Positions 9,981 through 19,819 of a stretch of DNA of 64,000 nucleotides are shown here, piece after piece. The stretch's first letter is position 1; the number at the start of each line of letters is the position of its first letter. The stretch covers positions 2,176,001-2,240,000 of the forward strand of contig CBDCJO010000002.1 in the NCBI GenBank assembly GCA_965217865.1, read 5' to 3'. Under the pieces are notes generated by a model. That model was not told the DNA's origin and made no database searches. It saw only the letters and a list, made by a program, of their open reading frames with translations. The DNA is from Candidatus Latescibacterota bacterium (GTDB lineage: Bacteria; Latescibacterota; UBA2968; SICM01). The position numbers and the translations under genes were made by a program.

Positions 9981-10406
9981 GTGGGCGTTCGCGACCTGAT
10001 TGTCGGCAAAACTAACATCCCGCTTCTTACCCGGATGTTGGATGTTACCTCCCTTCGGCATCGGGCCATCACAAACAACATCGCAAACGTGAACACGATC
10101 AATTATCGTCGTAAGGACGTGGATTTCGAAAGCTACCTCAGAAAGCTTGTGATGAAGGATGGTGTGAAAGGCGTTCGAACCGATTCCCGACACATTCCGA
10201 TCGGTGAAGCCGATCATTCATCCCTCCCCCGCATTTACGAACCCAAGCGGGGGCCCAATACTTCAGGTCAAAACGACGTGGACATCGACAAAGAAATGGC
10301 CAACCTTGCACAGAATCATCTCTTGTATAACGCCAGTGTGAGGCTGATTGCAGGTTCTTTCTCTGGTATTCGGAAGAGCATCGTCGGTTCGCCGGATGCC
10401 CGATAA
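9981..10406 (+). CDS. flgB: Flagellar basal body rod protein FlgB
   Basis: RHRAITNNIANVNTINYRRKDVDF, NDVDIDKEMA; GTG after GAGGA. Confidence 0.93.
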   Translation: MGVRDLIVGKTNIPLLTRMLDVTSLRHRAITNNIANVNTINYRRKDVDFESYLRKLVMKDGVKGVRTDSRHIPIGEADHSSLPRIYEPKRGPNTSGQNDVDIDKEMANLAQNHLLYNASVRLIAGSFSGIRKSIVGSPDAR

Positions 10407-10497
10407 GTCAAAAGCGATTCCTTAAGATCCTACGCTTGAGAGGATGATTTAACGGCTCAGAACATCTGAAAAAATTAACTCCTTCCACGAGGTCTCC

Positions 10498-10989
10498 ATG
10501 GCCGTCTTCGACACCATGAGTATCAGCTCGACCGGGCTGTCCGCCCAGCGTCGGAAGCTTAACGCCATCGCCAGCAACATCGCCAACGCCGATACGACGC
10601 GGACCGACGAGGGAGGTCCCTACAAGCGGAAGCGTATCCTGATGATGGAGGCCCCGAACCCAAAGCGATTTTCAACCCTGCTCCGGGAACAGAAGGATAA
10701 GCTGATCCTGACGGACTCCGGCCACCTCCAAGCCACGGGTACCCGAAGCTTCGCCGAGCTCCTGGGTTCGGGAGTGGATACCCAGGAAATCCGGGAGGAG
10801 CCGATAGAGCCTCGTCTCGTCTACGATCCTTCCCATCCTGATGCTCGTGCGGACGGATATGTTGTTTTTCCCGACATCAACATCATCACCGAGATCGTCG
10901 ATATGATCACAGCGTCCCGGGCTTATGAGGCCAACGTCACCACCCTGGACACATCGAAGAACATGTTCAGTCGGGCGCTCGAGATCTAA
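10498..10989 (+). CDS. flgC: Flagellar basal body rod protein FlgC
   Basis: GLSAQR..IASNIANADTTRT, YDPSHPDA, ASRAYEAN. Confidence 0.96.
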   Translation: MAVFDTMSISSTGLSAQRRKLNAIASNIANADTTRTDEGGPYKRKRILMMEAPNPKRFSTLLREQKDKLILTDSGHLQATGTRSFAELLGSGVDTQEIREEPIEPRLVYDPSHPDARADGYVVFPDINIITEIVDMITASRAYEANVTTLDTSKNMFSRALEI

Positions 10990-11037
10990 AGGACTAAAAG
11001 GAAAGGTTTGGGGGCCATTTGCCCCTGGAAGGAAATC

Positions 11038-11355
11038 ATGCGAATCAATCCGTCACAATCCGGTGTCTACACCCGGGAAATCCTCCGTAGCCCAACGGAG
11101 GTAGATTCGAGGGAACTCCCGAAGGACCATCCGATTGTTCCACCTCCCCGATCTGACAACGGACCTCGGACCCTTAAAGAAACGGGTACCATCCAAGGGG
11201 TCCTTACCCCAGAGGAATCCAGTTTCATCTCTGGGCTTTTCCCCTCCCGGGCAGGAGAAGAGGGGGGCGACTCAAAACCTGGTCGCTTGTATTCCCACGG
11301 AGGCCGTCGAACCCTCGGAGCGTTACCTGGCGTCCAACTCGACCTGAAAGCCTGA
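11038..11355 (+). CDS. Hypothetical protein in the flagellar operon
   Basis: ATG after AAGGA, co-oriented, C-terminal GVQLDLKA resembling small flagellar accessory proteins. Confidence 0.55.
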   Translation: MRINPSQSGVYTREILRSPTEVDSRELPKDHPIVPPPRSDNGPRTLKETGTIQGVLTPEESSFISGLFPSRAGEEGGDSKPGRLYSHGGRRTLGALPGVQLDLKA

Positions 11356-11371
11356 CAAACCTGGAGACCGC

Positions 11372-12157
11372 ATGCCCATTCCGAAGAAGTCGTTGACCCT
11401 TTTTAGCCTTTTACTTATCTTTTTCATGACACACGATTCGGATGCCTTTCAACCGGAGGATCGGAATCATATCCAAGGGATCCGCCGCCGCATTGAACAG
11501 CGGAGCGTGGGGGTAAAGCGGTACACAATGCTGTTGAACACCCGTCTGGTTAAAAAGGATATTGCCCGGCGCAGCTACGACCTGGACATCATCGCAAGTC
11601 TTTTGGACCAAAGCCTCTCCCGGGTTATCCCTACCTCACGATCACATCCGGGCTCCTCTTTCCCACAGCGGGACAGACCTGCTGGGCCAAGCCCGGGTTT
11701 CAAGTCGGCTCAGGCATCGGGGGTCGACCCGAAAATCCTAAACCGGATAGACCGTTTCGACCCGCAAATCCTCAAGCACAGCCGAGAACTTGGCATCGAC
11801 CCGAACCTGACCCGCGCAATCATATACGTGGAGTCGGCAGGCCGTCCGCACGCAGTCTCACCCCAAGGGGCAAAGGGACTGATGCAACTGTTGCCGAGCA
11901 CCGCTGCCGATCTTGGCATTCACAATCTGTTTGACCCCGGCCAGAACATTCGCGCAGGGACGCGATATTTGCGGATCCTTTTGAACAGGTTTCGAAATGT
12001 GAAGCTGGCCCTCTGGGGTTACAACGCCGGACCGGGGTCCGTTAAACGGAACAAGTTCCCTCTCGAAACGCGTCGCTACATCCCGAAAGTCCTGCGGGTG
12101 AAGGCGGTGCTGGATCGAATCCAGGAAAAGACTCGGAAAACCCAAACACAAAGCTAG
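11372..12157 (+). CDS. Lytic transglycosylase (SLT domain) with signal peptide
   Basis: IYVES, AVSPQGAKGLMQL, YNAGPG, ETRRY; lies between flgC and fliE. Confidence 0.9.
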   Translation: MPIPKKSLTLFSLLLIFFMTHDSDAFQPEDRNHIQGIRRRIEQRSVGVKRYTMLLNTRLVKKDIARRSYDLDIIASLLDQSLSRVIPTSRSHPGSSFPQRDRPAGPSPGFKSAQASGVDPKILNRIDRFDPQILKHSRELGIDPNLTRAIIYVESAGRPHAVSPQGAKGLMQLLPSTAADLGIHNLFDPGQNIRAGTRYLRILLNRFRNVKLALWGYNAGPGSVKRNKFPLETRRYIPKVLRVKAVLDRIQEKTRKTQTQS

Positions 12158-12171
12158 GTGTCGCTTATCTC

Positions 12172-12519
12172 ATGCCGATAACATCTATCACATCATCGAT
12201 CGAATCGCCTGAAGGGCGAGCCTCAAGGATCTTTGAAGAGAAGGGTGTTTCCCCCCGTGTCCTGAGCCCCGCAGAGCCGGAAGGGTCCGAGCAAATCGAA
12301 ACCGGATTCGAAGAGCTGGTGAAGGGGTTTGTCAGCGACGTCAATCATCTCCAGCTTAGGAGCGGCCAAGCTGTTAAAGCACTCGCAGCGGGCGAGGTCA
12401 CCGATGTGCATCAGGTGATGGTGGCCGTGTCCGAGGCGGGATTGGCTTTTGATCTCCTGTTGCAGATTCGAAACCGGGTCACCGAGGCCTTTCAGGAAGT
12501 CATGCGAATGCAGGTTTGA
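12172..12519 (+). CDS. fliE: Flagellar hook-basal body protein FliE
   Basis: DVHQVMVA..QIRNRVTEAFQEVMRMQV. Confidence 0.95.
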   Translation: MPITSITSSIESPEGRASRIFEEKGVSPRVLSPAEPEGSEQIETGFEELVKGFVSDVNHLQLRSGQAVKALAAGEVTDVHQVMVAVSEAGLAFDLLLQIRNRVTEAFQEVMRMQV

Positions 12520-12540
12520 TATTAGGGTTAAAAAATCACT

Positions 12541-14037
12541 ATGGAAAACATACGCGTGTACATCGATAAGCTCGTCGAATTTTTTGGTGGGCTAACTCGC
12601 AATCAGAAGATTGCGGCAGGAGGAGGGGGGGCGGTTCTCCTGATCTTCCTCCTGCTCTTTTCCTTCCGCGGGGAAGAAACGACCGATCTTGCTCCCCTCT
12701 ACACCGATCTGGAGCCGGCCGAGGCAGGTGAAATTGTTGCCCGTCTCCGACAGATGGAACAACCCTACCAAGTCCTGGCGGGGGGGTCAATCGTCCTGGC
12801 GGACGAAGATCAGGTCGATGACCTGCGCGTCCTTCTCGCAGCCGAAGGCCTTCCCCAGAGCGGATTGATCGGTTACAAATTGTTCGACGAAGCCAAGCTG
12901 GGCATGACCGATTTCCTCCAGAAGGTGAACAACCAGAGGGCCATGCAGGATGAGATCGCCAAGACCCTCACCACCATCCAGTGGGTCAGAGGCGCTCGGG
13001 TACAGCTGAGCATCCCCGAGCCGAGCCTGTTCACGGAGACCGAAAAACCTGTCACCGCATCGATCATGATCCAGGTCAAGCGGGGATTCGTACCCGAAGT
13101 CAACCAGGTCAAGGGGATCTCCCTCCTGGTTGCACGCGCAGTGCCCGGGCTGCGTGAAAAAAACGTCACCATCGTGGACAACACCGGAAGACTCCTGACC
13201 GAGGAGGCAGATCCCCTTGCGCGCCAGGCCTCCAGACAGCTCGATATGCAGCGGAACGTGGAGTCATACCTCGAGAAAAAGGCTTCTGCTGTCTTGGAGC
13301 GGATCACCGGAAAGTCCGACAGGTTTTCGGTCAAGGTCTCCGTCGATCTGGACTTCGATCAGGCAGAGCGCACCATCGAAAGTTTTGACCCACAGAACAC
13401 CGTTCTGCGAAGCGAAGAGCGTAACGAGGAATCCTCCGCCGAAGCGGGAACCAAAGAGCGGACGATCTCAAACTATGAGATCACCAAAAACGTCTCCAGA
13501 ATGGTGAACGCACCGGGAGTCGTCAAGCGCCGCTCCATATCCGTGATCCTCGAAACCCCATTGGACCCGGATACCGAGACCCTTATCCCGATTCCACAGG
13601 AGGATGTGGACAAGGTCGAACGTGCGATTAAGGCCGCCGTCGGGTATGACGAGCAGAGAGGCGATCACTTCTCCATCGAACAGATGGCCTTCGATCGCAC
13701 CGCACGTCTGAAGGAACAGGAAGCGGAAGCGGCGGTTGAGCGGGGTGAACTGGTTACGGAGATCGTTCTGAACGTGGCCAAGGGTGTGGCCATCATCATC
13801 GCCCTTCTGGTCCTGAGGGCCATCATCGGGGCGATAGGGCGCGGGGTTGCCCGGGAGGAGGAGATCGCAGCCGCGGCAGTGGAGGGCGTGAGTGAGGAGA
13901 CGGCCGAACCTATTCCCGAAACCCCTCACGAAATCACCCTGGGCCGCATCGCGGAGATGATATCCGAACGGCCTGAGGACGCAGCAAAACTCATCAGAAC
14001 GATGCTGCTTGAAGAAGCGGCGGCAGGGGGGGCGTAA
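12541..14037 (+). CDS. fliF: Flagellar MS-ring protein FliF
   Basis: Two TM segments, GMTDFLQKVN, ARVQLSIPEPSLF, NYEITK, AVGYDEQRGD. Confidence 0.93.
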   Translation: MENIRVYIDKLVEFFGGLTRNQKIAAGGGGAVLLIFLLLFSFRGEETTDLAPLYTDLEPAEAGEIVARLRQMEQPYQVLAGGSIVLADEDQVDDLRVLLAAEGLPQSGLIGYKLFDEAKLGMTDFLQKVNNQRAMQDEIAKTLTTIQWVRGARVQLSIPEPSLFTETEKPVTASIMIQVKRGFVPEVNQVKGISLLVARAVPGLREKNVTIVDNTGRLLTEEADPLARQASRQLDMQRNVESYLEKKASAVLERITGKSDRFSVKVSVDLDFDQAERTIESFDPQNTVLRSEERNEESSAEAGTKERTISNYEITKNVSRMVNAPGVVKRRSISVILETPLDPDTETLIPIPQEDVDKVERAIKAAVGYDEQRGDHFSIEQMAFDRTARLKEQEAEAAVERGELVTEIVLNVAKGVAIIIALLVLRAIIGAIGRGVAREEEIAAAAVEGVSEETAEPIPETPHEITLGRIAEMISERPEDAAKLIRTMLLEEAAAGGA

Positions 14038-14067
14038 ACGACCCTTCGTCAACTGGATAAACGCTCC

Positions 14068-14829
14068 ATGGCCATCACACAGCGAATCATCAGAACCCCC
14101 AGGGTCTCTGAACGGACATTCATCCTCACCGTTGAATCGGGTCGCGAAGAAGAGGAGGATGAAGTTCCAGAAGAGGAAGGCCTGGACGAAGAGCCCCAGG
14201 AAGAAACGAACGAAGTCCAGGAGGAGCCTGAGCCCGAGCAAAGACCTTCCGCCTTGGAGGTGGAGACACTCGTCCAGGAGCGGCTCAAGTCATTCGAGGA
14301 GCGCTATCAGCAGGAAAAAGAAAACGCCTACAAGTCCGGCTTTGAGGACGGCCGAACCCAGGGCCTGAAAGAAGGTCGGGCGGAGAGCAATGAAGCCATC
14401 GATCGGCTCGCAGAAGTCGTGGAGGCCTTTCAGGAACACCAGAAAGCACTTGTCCAGGAAAACGAGGAAGCGGTTGTCGATCTGGCCGTTTCCGTGGCAC
14501 AAAGGATCGTGGGGCCCGCTGTCCAGACGCGCCGTGAGCCCGTCCTGTTGGCCGTGTCCGACTGCCTGGGTTATCTTCGTGACCGGTCTCGGGTCACGGT
14601 TAAGGTAAATCCGAAAGACCTGGAAATGGTCAAACAGAACCGTCAGCAATGGTTGGAGGGAATCGAGGGAATCGGTAGCATTAACTTTGAGGGCGACGAC
14701 GCCATCTCCCGCGGGGGATGCGTGGTTGAAACCGACTCCGGTGACGTGGACGCTCTAATCGAGCAGCGCCTCTCGATGCTGCAGACAGCCCTGTTGGAAG
14801 AGGTCCGTGCTGCCGGAATTAAAGGTTGA
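14068..14829 (+). CDS. fliH: Flagellar assembly protein FliH
   Basis: GxxxG repeats (AYKSGFEDGRTQGLKEG), VKVNPKD, GGCVVETDSGDVDA. Confidence 0.9.
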   Translation: MAITQRIIRTPRVSERTFILTVESGREEEEDEVPEEEGLDEEPQEETNEVQEEPEPEQRPSALEVETLVQERLKSFEERYQQEKENAYKSGFEDGRTQGLKEGRAESNEAIDRLAEVVEAFQEHQKALVQENEEAVVDLAVSVAQRIVGPAVQTRREPVLLAVSDCLGYLRDRSRVTVKVNPKDLEMVKQNRQQWLEGIEGIGSINFEGDDAISRGGCVVETDSGDVDALIEQRLSMLQTALLEEVRAAGIKG

Positions 14830-14863
14830 CCCACACCAGACGGGATCCATAGGAAGGGGGGAT

Positions 14864-15406
14864 ATGAATCTCGAGGCCCTGTTGGAGACGGCCAAGACGG
14901 CGGAGTCTATCCGGTTGCTTGAGAAAGTCAACAAGATGGTCGGGCTGGTCATCGAATCCAACGGTCCGTTGGTCTCTGTTGGGGAGTTGTGCGAAATTCG
15001 CAGCAGCACCGGGGGCACGCGCGTGGATGCCGAAGTGGTGGGGTTCCGGGACAACAAAGTCCTGCTTATGCCCCTCGGTTACGTGGATGGCGTTGACCCG
15101 GGGAGCACGGTGACCCCCAGTCAGGAACCGTTCTCTGTCCGCGTCGGAAATGAACTCCTCGGGAGGGTGCTCAACGGACTGGGTCGACCCATCGACGATA
15201 AAGGACCGATCTCCCCGAAAGCTAAGAGACCCGCGAACGGATTGCCACCGGACCCCCTTCGCCGCCAACGCATCCAGGAACGGCTAGGCACCGGAATCCG
15301 ATCGATCGACGCCCTGGTCACCTGTGGCCGAGGGCAGAGAGTGGGAATCTTTGCCGGGAGCGGGGTCGGAAAAAGCGTCTTGATGGGGATGATAGCCCGC
15401 AACGCG
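14864..15406 (+). pseudogene. fliI: FliI ATPase N-terminal fragment fused in frame to flgE
   Basis: AEVVGFRD, GRGQRVGIFAGSGVGKSVLMGMIARN; similarity ends right after Walker A. Confidence 0.9.
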
Positions 15407-16591
15407 GGGGCGATTCAGTTCAGGGCGACAGAGGGAGGCCAGACCATTACCAGCCTCTCCATCACCACGGTGAATACCGCCCTTGAAACGGCCCTCGGGC
15501 TGGGTGCCCCCACCATTGTGGCCGGGGCCGTGGCAGATGCCACGGACAACCTGAACGACCTGGCCCAGGTCGGGTTTAAACTCAACGATGGGGACAAAAT
15601 CGTCTTCACCGGGTCCCGGCTCGACGGCTCGGCCTTCCAGGGGGAGTTTGTGTTCGACACCACCACGGCCTCGGACGCCCAGAGCCTGCTCACAAAAATC
15701 GCGAACGCATTCGGTGGCGGGGTGACCGGGACGCTCGACACCTCGACCGGCGCGATCGTGCTGACCAACCCGGACGGGACCAATGTCACGGGTTTTACGA
15801 TCAACTTAGCGCTCGACGATGCGGACATCACGTCCACAACGCCGGCCAGCGGCTTTAACTCCCCGACGTCGTTCGCCACGCACAAGATCAGCACGTCGAT
15901 CTTCGACGCGCAGGGCAGGAAGCGAGTCCTTGACGTCCGGCTCGTGTAGTCGCCGGTCGCCAACACCTGGTTCTACACCGCAACCGTCGATAAGCTCCTC
16001 CCGGCAGAAGGCGGCGGTGGGAAGGTGACCTTCCAGAGCGACGGTACGATCAACACCTTCATCCCGACGGAGGGGCAGGGGAAAAAGTTGACCGTCACGG
16101 CTCTCCCGGGTGAAGTCGGGCCGCTCAGCATCGACCTGAGCGGCCTGTCCAGCCCGGACCGGGGCATCACCGGACTGACGCAGTTCTCCGCTCCCTTCAC
16201 CGCCGGAGGCGTCGATCAGGACGGCCGGAACAGCGGTCGCCTTGAGAATGTCTTCATCGACACCAAGGGTGTGATCAAGGGCCGGTTCACCAACGGTGAG
16301 ACGGTCGATCGTGGCCGCATCATCGTGGCAGGCGTCAACAACCCCGGCGGCCTCCAGCGGGCGGGCAGCAACCTGTTCACCGCGACTGGCAACGCCGGGC
16401 CGCTCCGCAAGGAGATCGCCACGGAGACCATTGCCACCCGAATCCTGGCGGGTTCGCTGGAACTATCCAACGTGGACCTCGCCAGAGAGCTTTCGGAGCT
16501 GATCATCGCCCAGAGGGGGTTCCAGGCAAACGCCAGGACCGTCACAACGGCCGATGAACTCCTCCAGGAAACCGTGGCTTTGAAGCGATAA
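15407..16591 (+). pseudogene. flgE: Hook protein FlgE, 5'-truncated, with in-frame TAG at 15947-15949
   Basis: IFDAQGRK, TWFYTA, DQDGRNSGRL, NNPGGLQRAGSNLF, LELSNVDLARE..AQRGFQANARTVTTADELLQE; the frame continues across the stop. Confidence 0.9.
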
Positions 16592-16604
16592 CCTTAATCC
16601 CTTA

Positions 16605-17501
16605 GGTGATTGAGTAGATATTGGCACCAGCGTATATTAATAATATGCTGGTAATTAATCCACTTAAGTTAGCAAATGACTGCAAGATAAGTAGGGCCTA
16701 TTTTCGTGCAGCCCGTTGGGGTGGAAAAAGGCGATGTCCAAGCTGCGATTATCAGCGCAGGTTGCCCTTATTAAAAGACGATCGGTTCAGGTGTTCACGG
16801 TGTGGATATCGGTTTAAAGATTTCACGGGCACTTATCTTGAAAGGCTTCGAATTTCATTTGACGAGCTTGCCCATTTACTTTATCTGTTTGTATTGGGAG
16901 TGCCCTCTTACCGATCCAGGCACTACCTGTCCGTATCGCTGAAAACGGCTCAGCGGATTTATACCACGTTTCGCCAGGCCATCTACGATCATAGCTTTAC
17001 GGACCAGGTGCTTTGGGGTGAGATCGAGTTGGACGAGGCGATGTATGGAGGTCATCATAAGGGTAAGCGTGGATGGGGAGCAGCCGGAAAACACTTGGTT
17101 TTCGGGCTTTATCAGAGGAACGGAAAAGTCCTCACCTTTCCCATTCCGGATCGAAGTCGAAACACCCTTACACCGCTTGTGACCTCACACACCAAAGCAG
17201 GCAGTCTATACTACACCGATGACTGGCACGCCTACACTTGGCTGTCAGTCAAAGGTGACCACGTGGTTGTTCGAAAAGAAGAAGGGGTGCCCAAAGGCAA
17301 AGGCCGACATCACATCAATGGCATCGAAGGCTTCTGGAGTTTTTCTAAAAATTGGCTATATCAATACAGAGGAATCCCTCGACATCATTTCCATTTATAC
17401 CTGAAGGAAACAGAGTTCAGATTCAACCAGGAAGACGAGGATCTCTTCCCAATTATTGCTTCATATCTGGTGAATCTGGTACCAATATCTTCCTAATTAC
17501 C
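16605..17501 (+). mobile_element. IS1595-family insertion sequence (897 bp)
   Basis: 26-bp imperfect terminal inverted repeats (GGTGATTGAGTAGATATTGGCACCAG, 21/26 identical); 8-bp target duplication ATCCCTTA at 16597-16604 and 17502-17509. Confidence 0.93.
16645..17496 (+). CDS. IS1595 (ISXO2-like) transposase
   Basis: CxxC zinc ribbon, EIELDE, YTDDW, HINGIEGFWS, YLKETEFRFN. Confidence 0.93.
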   Translation: MLVINPLKLANDCKISRAYFRAARWGGKRRCPSCDYQRRLPLLKDDRFRCSRCGYRFKDFTGTYLERLRISFDELAHLLYLFVLGVPSYRSRHYLSVSLKTAQRIYTTFRQAIYDHSFTDQVLWGEIELDEAMYGGHHKGKRGWGAAGKHLVFGLYQRNGKVLTFPIPDRSRNTLTPLVTSHTKAGSLYYTDDWHAYTWLSVKGDHVVVRKEEGVPKGKGRHHINGIEGFWSFSKNWLYQYRGIPRHHFHLYLKETEFRFNQEDEDLFPIIASYLVNLVPISS

Positions 17502-17511
17502 ATCCCTTAAC

Positions 17512-17545
17512 CCATCAGGGGCGCGGATACCCGCGCCCCTGATGG
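17512..17545 (+). terminator. Perfect 15-bp hairpin downstream of flgE
   Basis: CCATCAGGGGCGCGG-ATAC-CCGCGCCCCTGATGG; weak U tract. Confidence 0.65.
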
Positions 17546-17566
17546 TTCATATTTCAGGAGAGGCGT

Positions 17567-17587
17567 ATGATCAAAATCACCCGAATC
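17567..17587 (+). pseudogene. flbD: flbD 5' stub (7 codons)
   Basis: GGAGAGG RBS then MIKITRI, matching the FlbD start (MIxxTRx) at its canonical position after flgE. Confidence 0.6.
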
Positions 17588-17588
17588 C

Positions 17589-17867
17589 CCCCCTGCTCAC
17601 CCGGCCTTCGATGCCGGCATAGACGTTCCACAGGAAAACATAAACCGGCTCCTCGATGTCCAGCTCACGATCCAGATCGAACTGGGAAATGTTGACAAAC
17701 CGATTCAGGAAATCCTGGGCTGGGCGGAGGGTTCTCTGATTGAGCTGGATAAAATCGCCGGAGAGCCAGTGGATGTACTCGCCAACGGAAGAGTGTTTGC
17801 AATGGGTGAAGTCGTGGTCATCGCTGAGAACTTCGGCGTTCGGATCACCTCGATGAATAATCGTTAA
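17589..17867 (+). pseudogene. fliN: FliN/FliY C-terminal SpoA domain lacking its own start
   Basis: Manual translation [53 protein letters not shown]; not in the ORF track. Confidence 0.9.
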
Positions 17868-18303
17868 GGATCACGATCCCACTGAAAAAAACCATAAGAT
17901 CTTCGGAGACTCGGGAGGTTCTTGCAAACCGAGGGCTAATCGACTAAATTCATCGCGGTCGGCGCGCACAGAATTTGGGTGAGGATTAACCCGCCAAGAT
18001 GTGTAATCCTTCCTGATTTTCTTTAATCTCCTTCTGAATGATCGAAGCCCTTCCGGAGCCTTTTTTGGGCGGTCCCGAAGGGTTTTGCAATTCCAAACCG
18101 CCACGTCCTGCGGGGAAGCCTGCGGGTTCTGGTCCAAAAACCCCATCGTCGAGTTTGGATTGATCCGATTATTTCATTAGATTGTTAGAATTTCCGCTCC
18201 TTTGGGCCCACGCTGATGGCCGTCATTCGAAAAGGAAACGATATGCAAGCGGTTTATGGATGGATGCCGTGTTCTTTCGTCAACCCCGTGAGGAGACCCC
18301 CTG

Positions 18304-19595
18304 ATGGCCCTTCCTGAGTTCGACGAATCCACGATCCGTTCACTTGCCTCCAAACACTCTTACAATCGAGGAGAGGAATACTACCAGAGGCCGGAGGCGT
18401 GAACGATCTGGTCCTCAAAGACGATATTTACTATGCGAGCGTCCGCAGTCAGGACAAAAGGACGCACCCCTATTTCGTCAAAATCTGGGGAAGCGGGAAT
18501 CGAATCGAGTCCTCCTGCACCTGTCCGAGGTTTGGGGGAGGAATCTGCAGGCATTGCGTGGCCGCCATGCTCACCATCGTCAAGGGACACGAAGGTCATA
18601 CGGCCTTCAAGTGGTGTGATCTTGGCCAAAAGGGCGCTCCATCTGCAGAACCGGCAAAACCGGCCTTAAAAAGCCAGGTCGATCCTGATAACGAGGAAGG
18701 GTTGACGAGACGAGCTACAGAAAAGGCCTGTCAACAAGCGGAGCTATTGCCAGATGAAGGCACAAGAACCGTCCGGGCACACCAAATCATGACATCTTCA
18801 GTGGTTTCACTCGCACCCGAAGCCAGTTTAGACCAGGCCTGGGAACTGATTCGTGAACGTAGATTTCGGCATGTTTTAATTTTGTCCAAAGAGAAAAAAC
18901 TCATGGGTATTATTTCTGACAGAGATCTGCTCGGGGAAGCGGCGACGATAGGCGAAGTTTCCCCAAACTCTGCAGGCCCGCCTAAAACCCGAAGGACCGT
19001 TCAGGATCTCATGAAAACGAGGGTCCTCACGACGGGGCCTGACGCGGATATTCGGCAGATCGCCCGGGTCATGTTTGAAGAACGGATAGGATCCATGCCC
19101 GTTTTAGGCGAAGGGGACACCCCCGTGGGTATTATCACCAGGAGCGACATTTTATGGACGCTCCTGCATCATCCGCTTTTCGAGTTTTTGGACGACCGCC
19201 CGGTGGATGTTCGCCCCGTTGTGCTCTGCGTTGACGATGAAATCGTTATGCGGGAGATGTTGAGACAACAGCTTGAGGCCGAACCCTATGAGGTCGTTGT
19301 GGCTTCAAACGGCCAGGAAGGGTTGACGCACATGGAGGCGAAAAAGATCTCTGTGGTTGTGTCCGATCACCGCATGCCGGGGATGCTCGGCTCGGAGTTC
19401 CTTGCAAGGGCACGGGAACGATGGCCCAATGCGTTCCGTATCATGTTGACGGGTTATCCGGATTTCGATACGATGAACCTTGCCGTATCCGAGGGGAAAA
19501 TTCACCGCTTTCTGTCCAAGCCATGGGACTCAGATGAGCTCAAATTGATCGTGAGGAAGGGAATTGCCGATTCGAAAGCAACTGAAACAACGTGA
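18304..19595 (+). pseudogene. SWIM zinc finger-CBS pair-receiver domain protein, frameshifted near 18388
   Basis: MALPEFDESTIRSLASKHSYNRGEEYY in one frame after GAGGAG; CTC..ICRHCVA, two CBS domains (GIISDRDL, GIITRSDI) and REC (LCVDDE, SDHRMP, LSKPW) in another. Confidence 0.7.
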
Positions 19596-19723
19596 AGGCC
19601 TAAGGCGGTTTGTCCTGCTCCCGAGCCTCCCCGCCAACTTATTGATACTATGTAGTATCATTATTACTCCTGTTAATTCAATCCCTTAAGCCTCTCCACA
19701 TTCCAAAAATAGGGAGCGGATCG

Positions 19724-19756
19724 GGAAATTTTATCCCCGTAGCGGAAAAGTCTGCC
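19724..19756 (+). promoter_or_regulatory. Candidate enhancer site pair upstream of fliO
   Basis: GGAAATTTTATCC (19724-19736) and GGAAAAGTCTGCC (19744-19756). Confidence 0.55.
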
Positions 19757-19777
19757 AATTAGGCCCTCAAACCCTTG

Positions 19778-19809
19778 AAAGGGCGACCGAAATGGTCGCC
19801 CTTTTTCTT
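19778..19809 (+). terminator. Rho-independent terminator
   Basis: AAAGGGCGACC-GAAAT-GGTCGCCCTTT followed by TTCTT. Confidence 0.75.
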
Positions 19810-19819
19810 GCCCCTGCTT

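Noticed and set aside
15947-15949. Pyrrolysine or programmed readthrough of the TAG in flgE
   Set aside because: No pyl genes in the window, the gene is already 5'-truncated, and neighbours are decayed, so a nonsense mutation is simpler
16025-16591. Standalone flgG/flgF rod gene
   Set aside because: In frame with upstream hook sequence across a single stop; it is the flgE C-terminus
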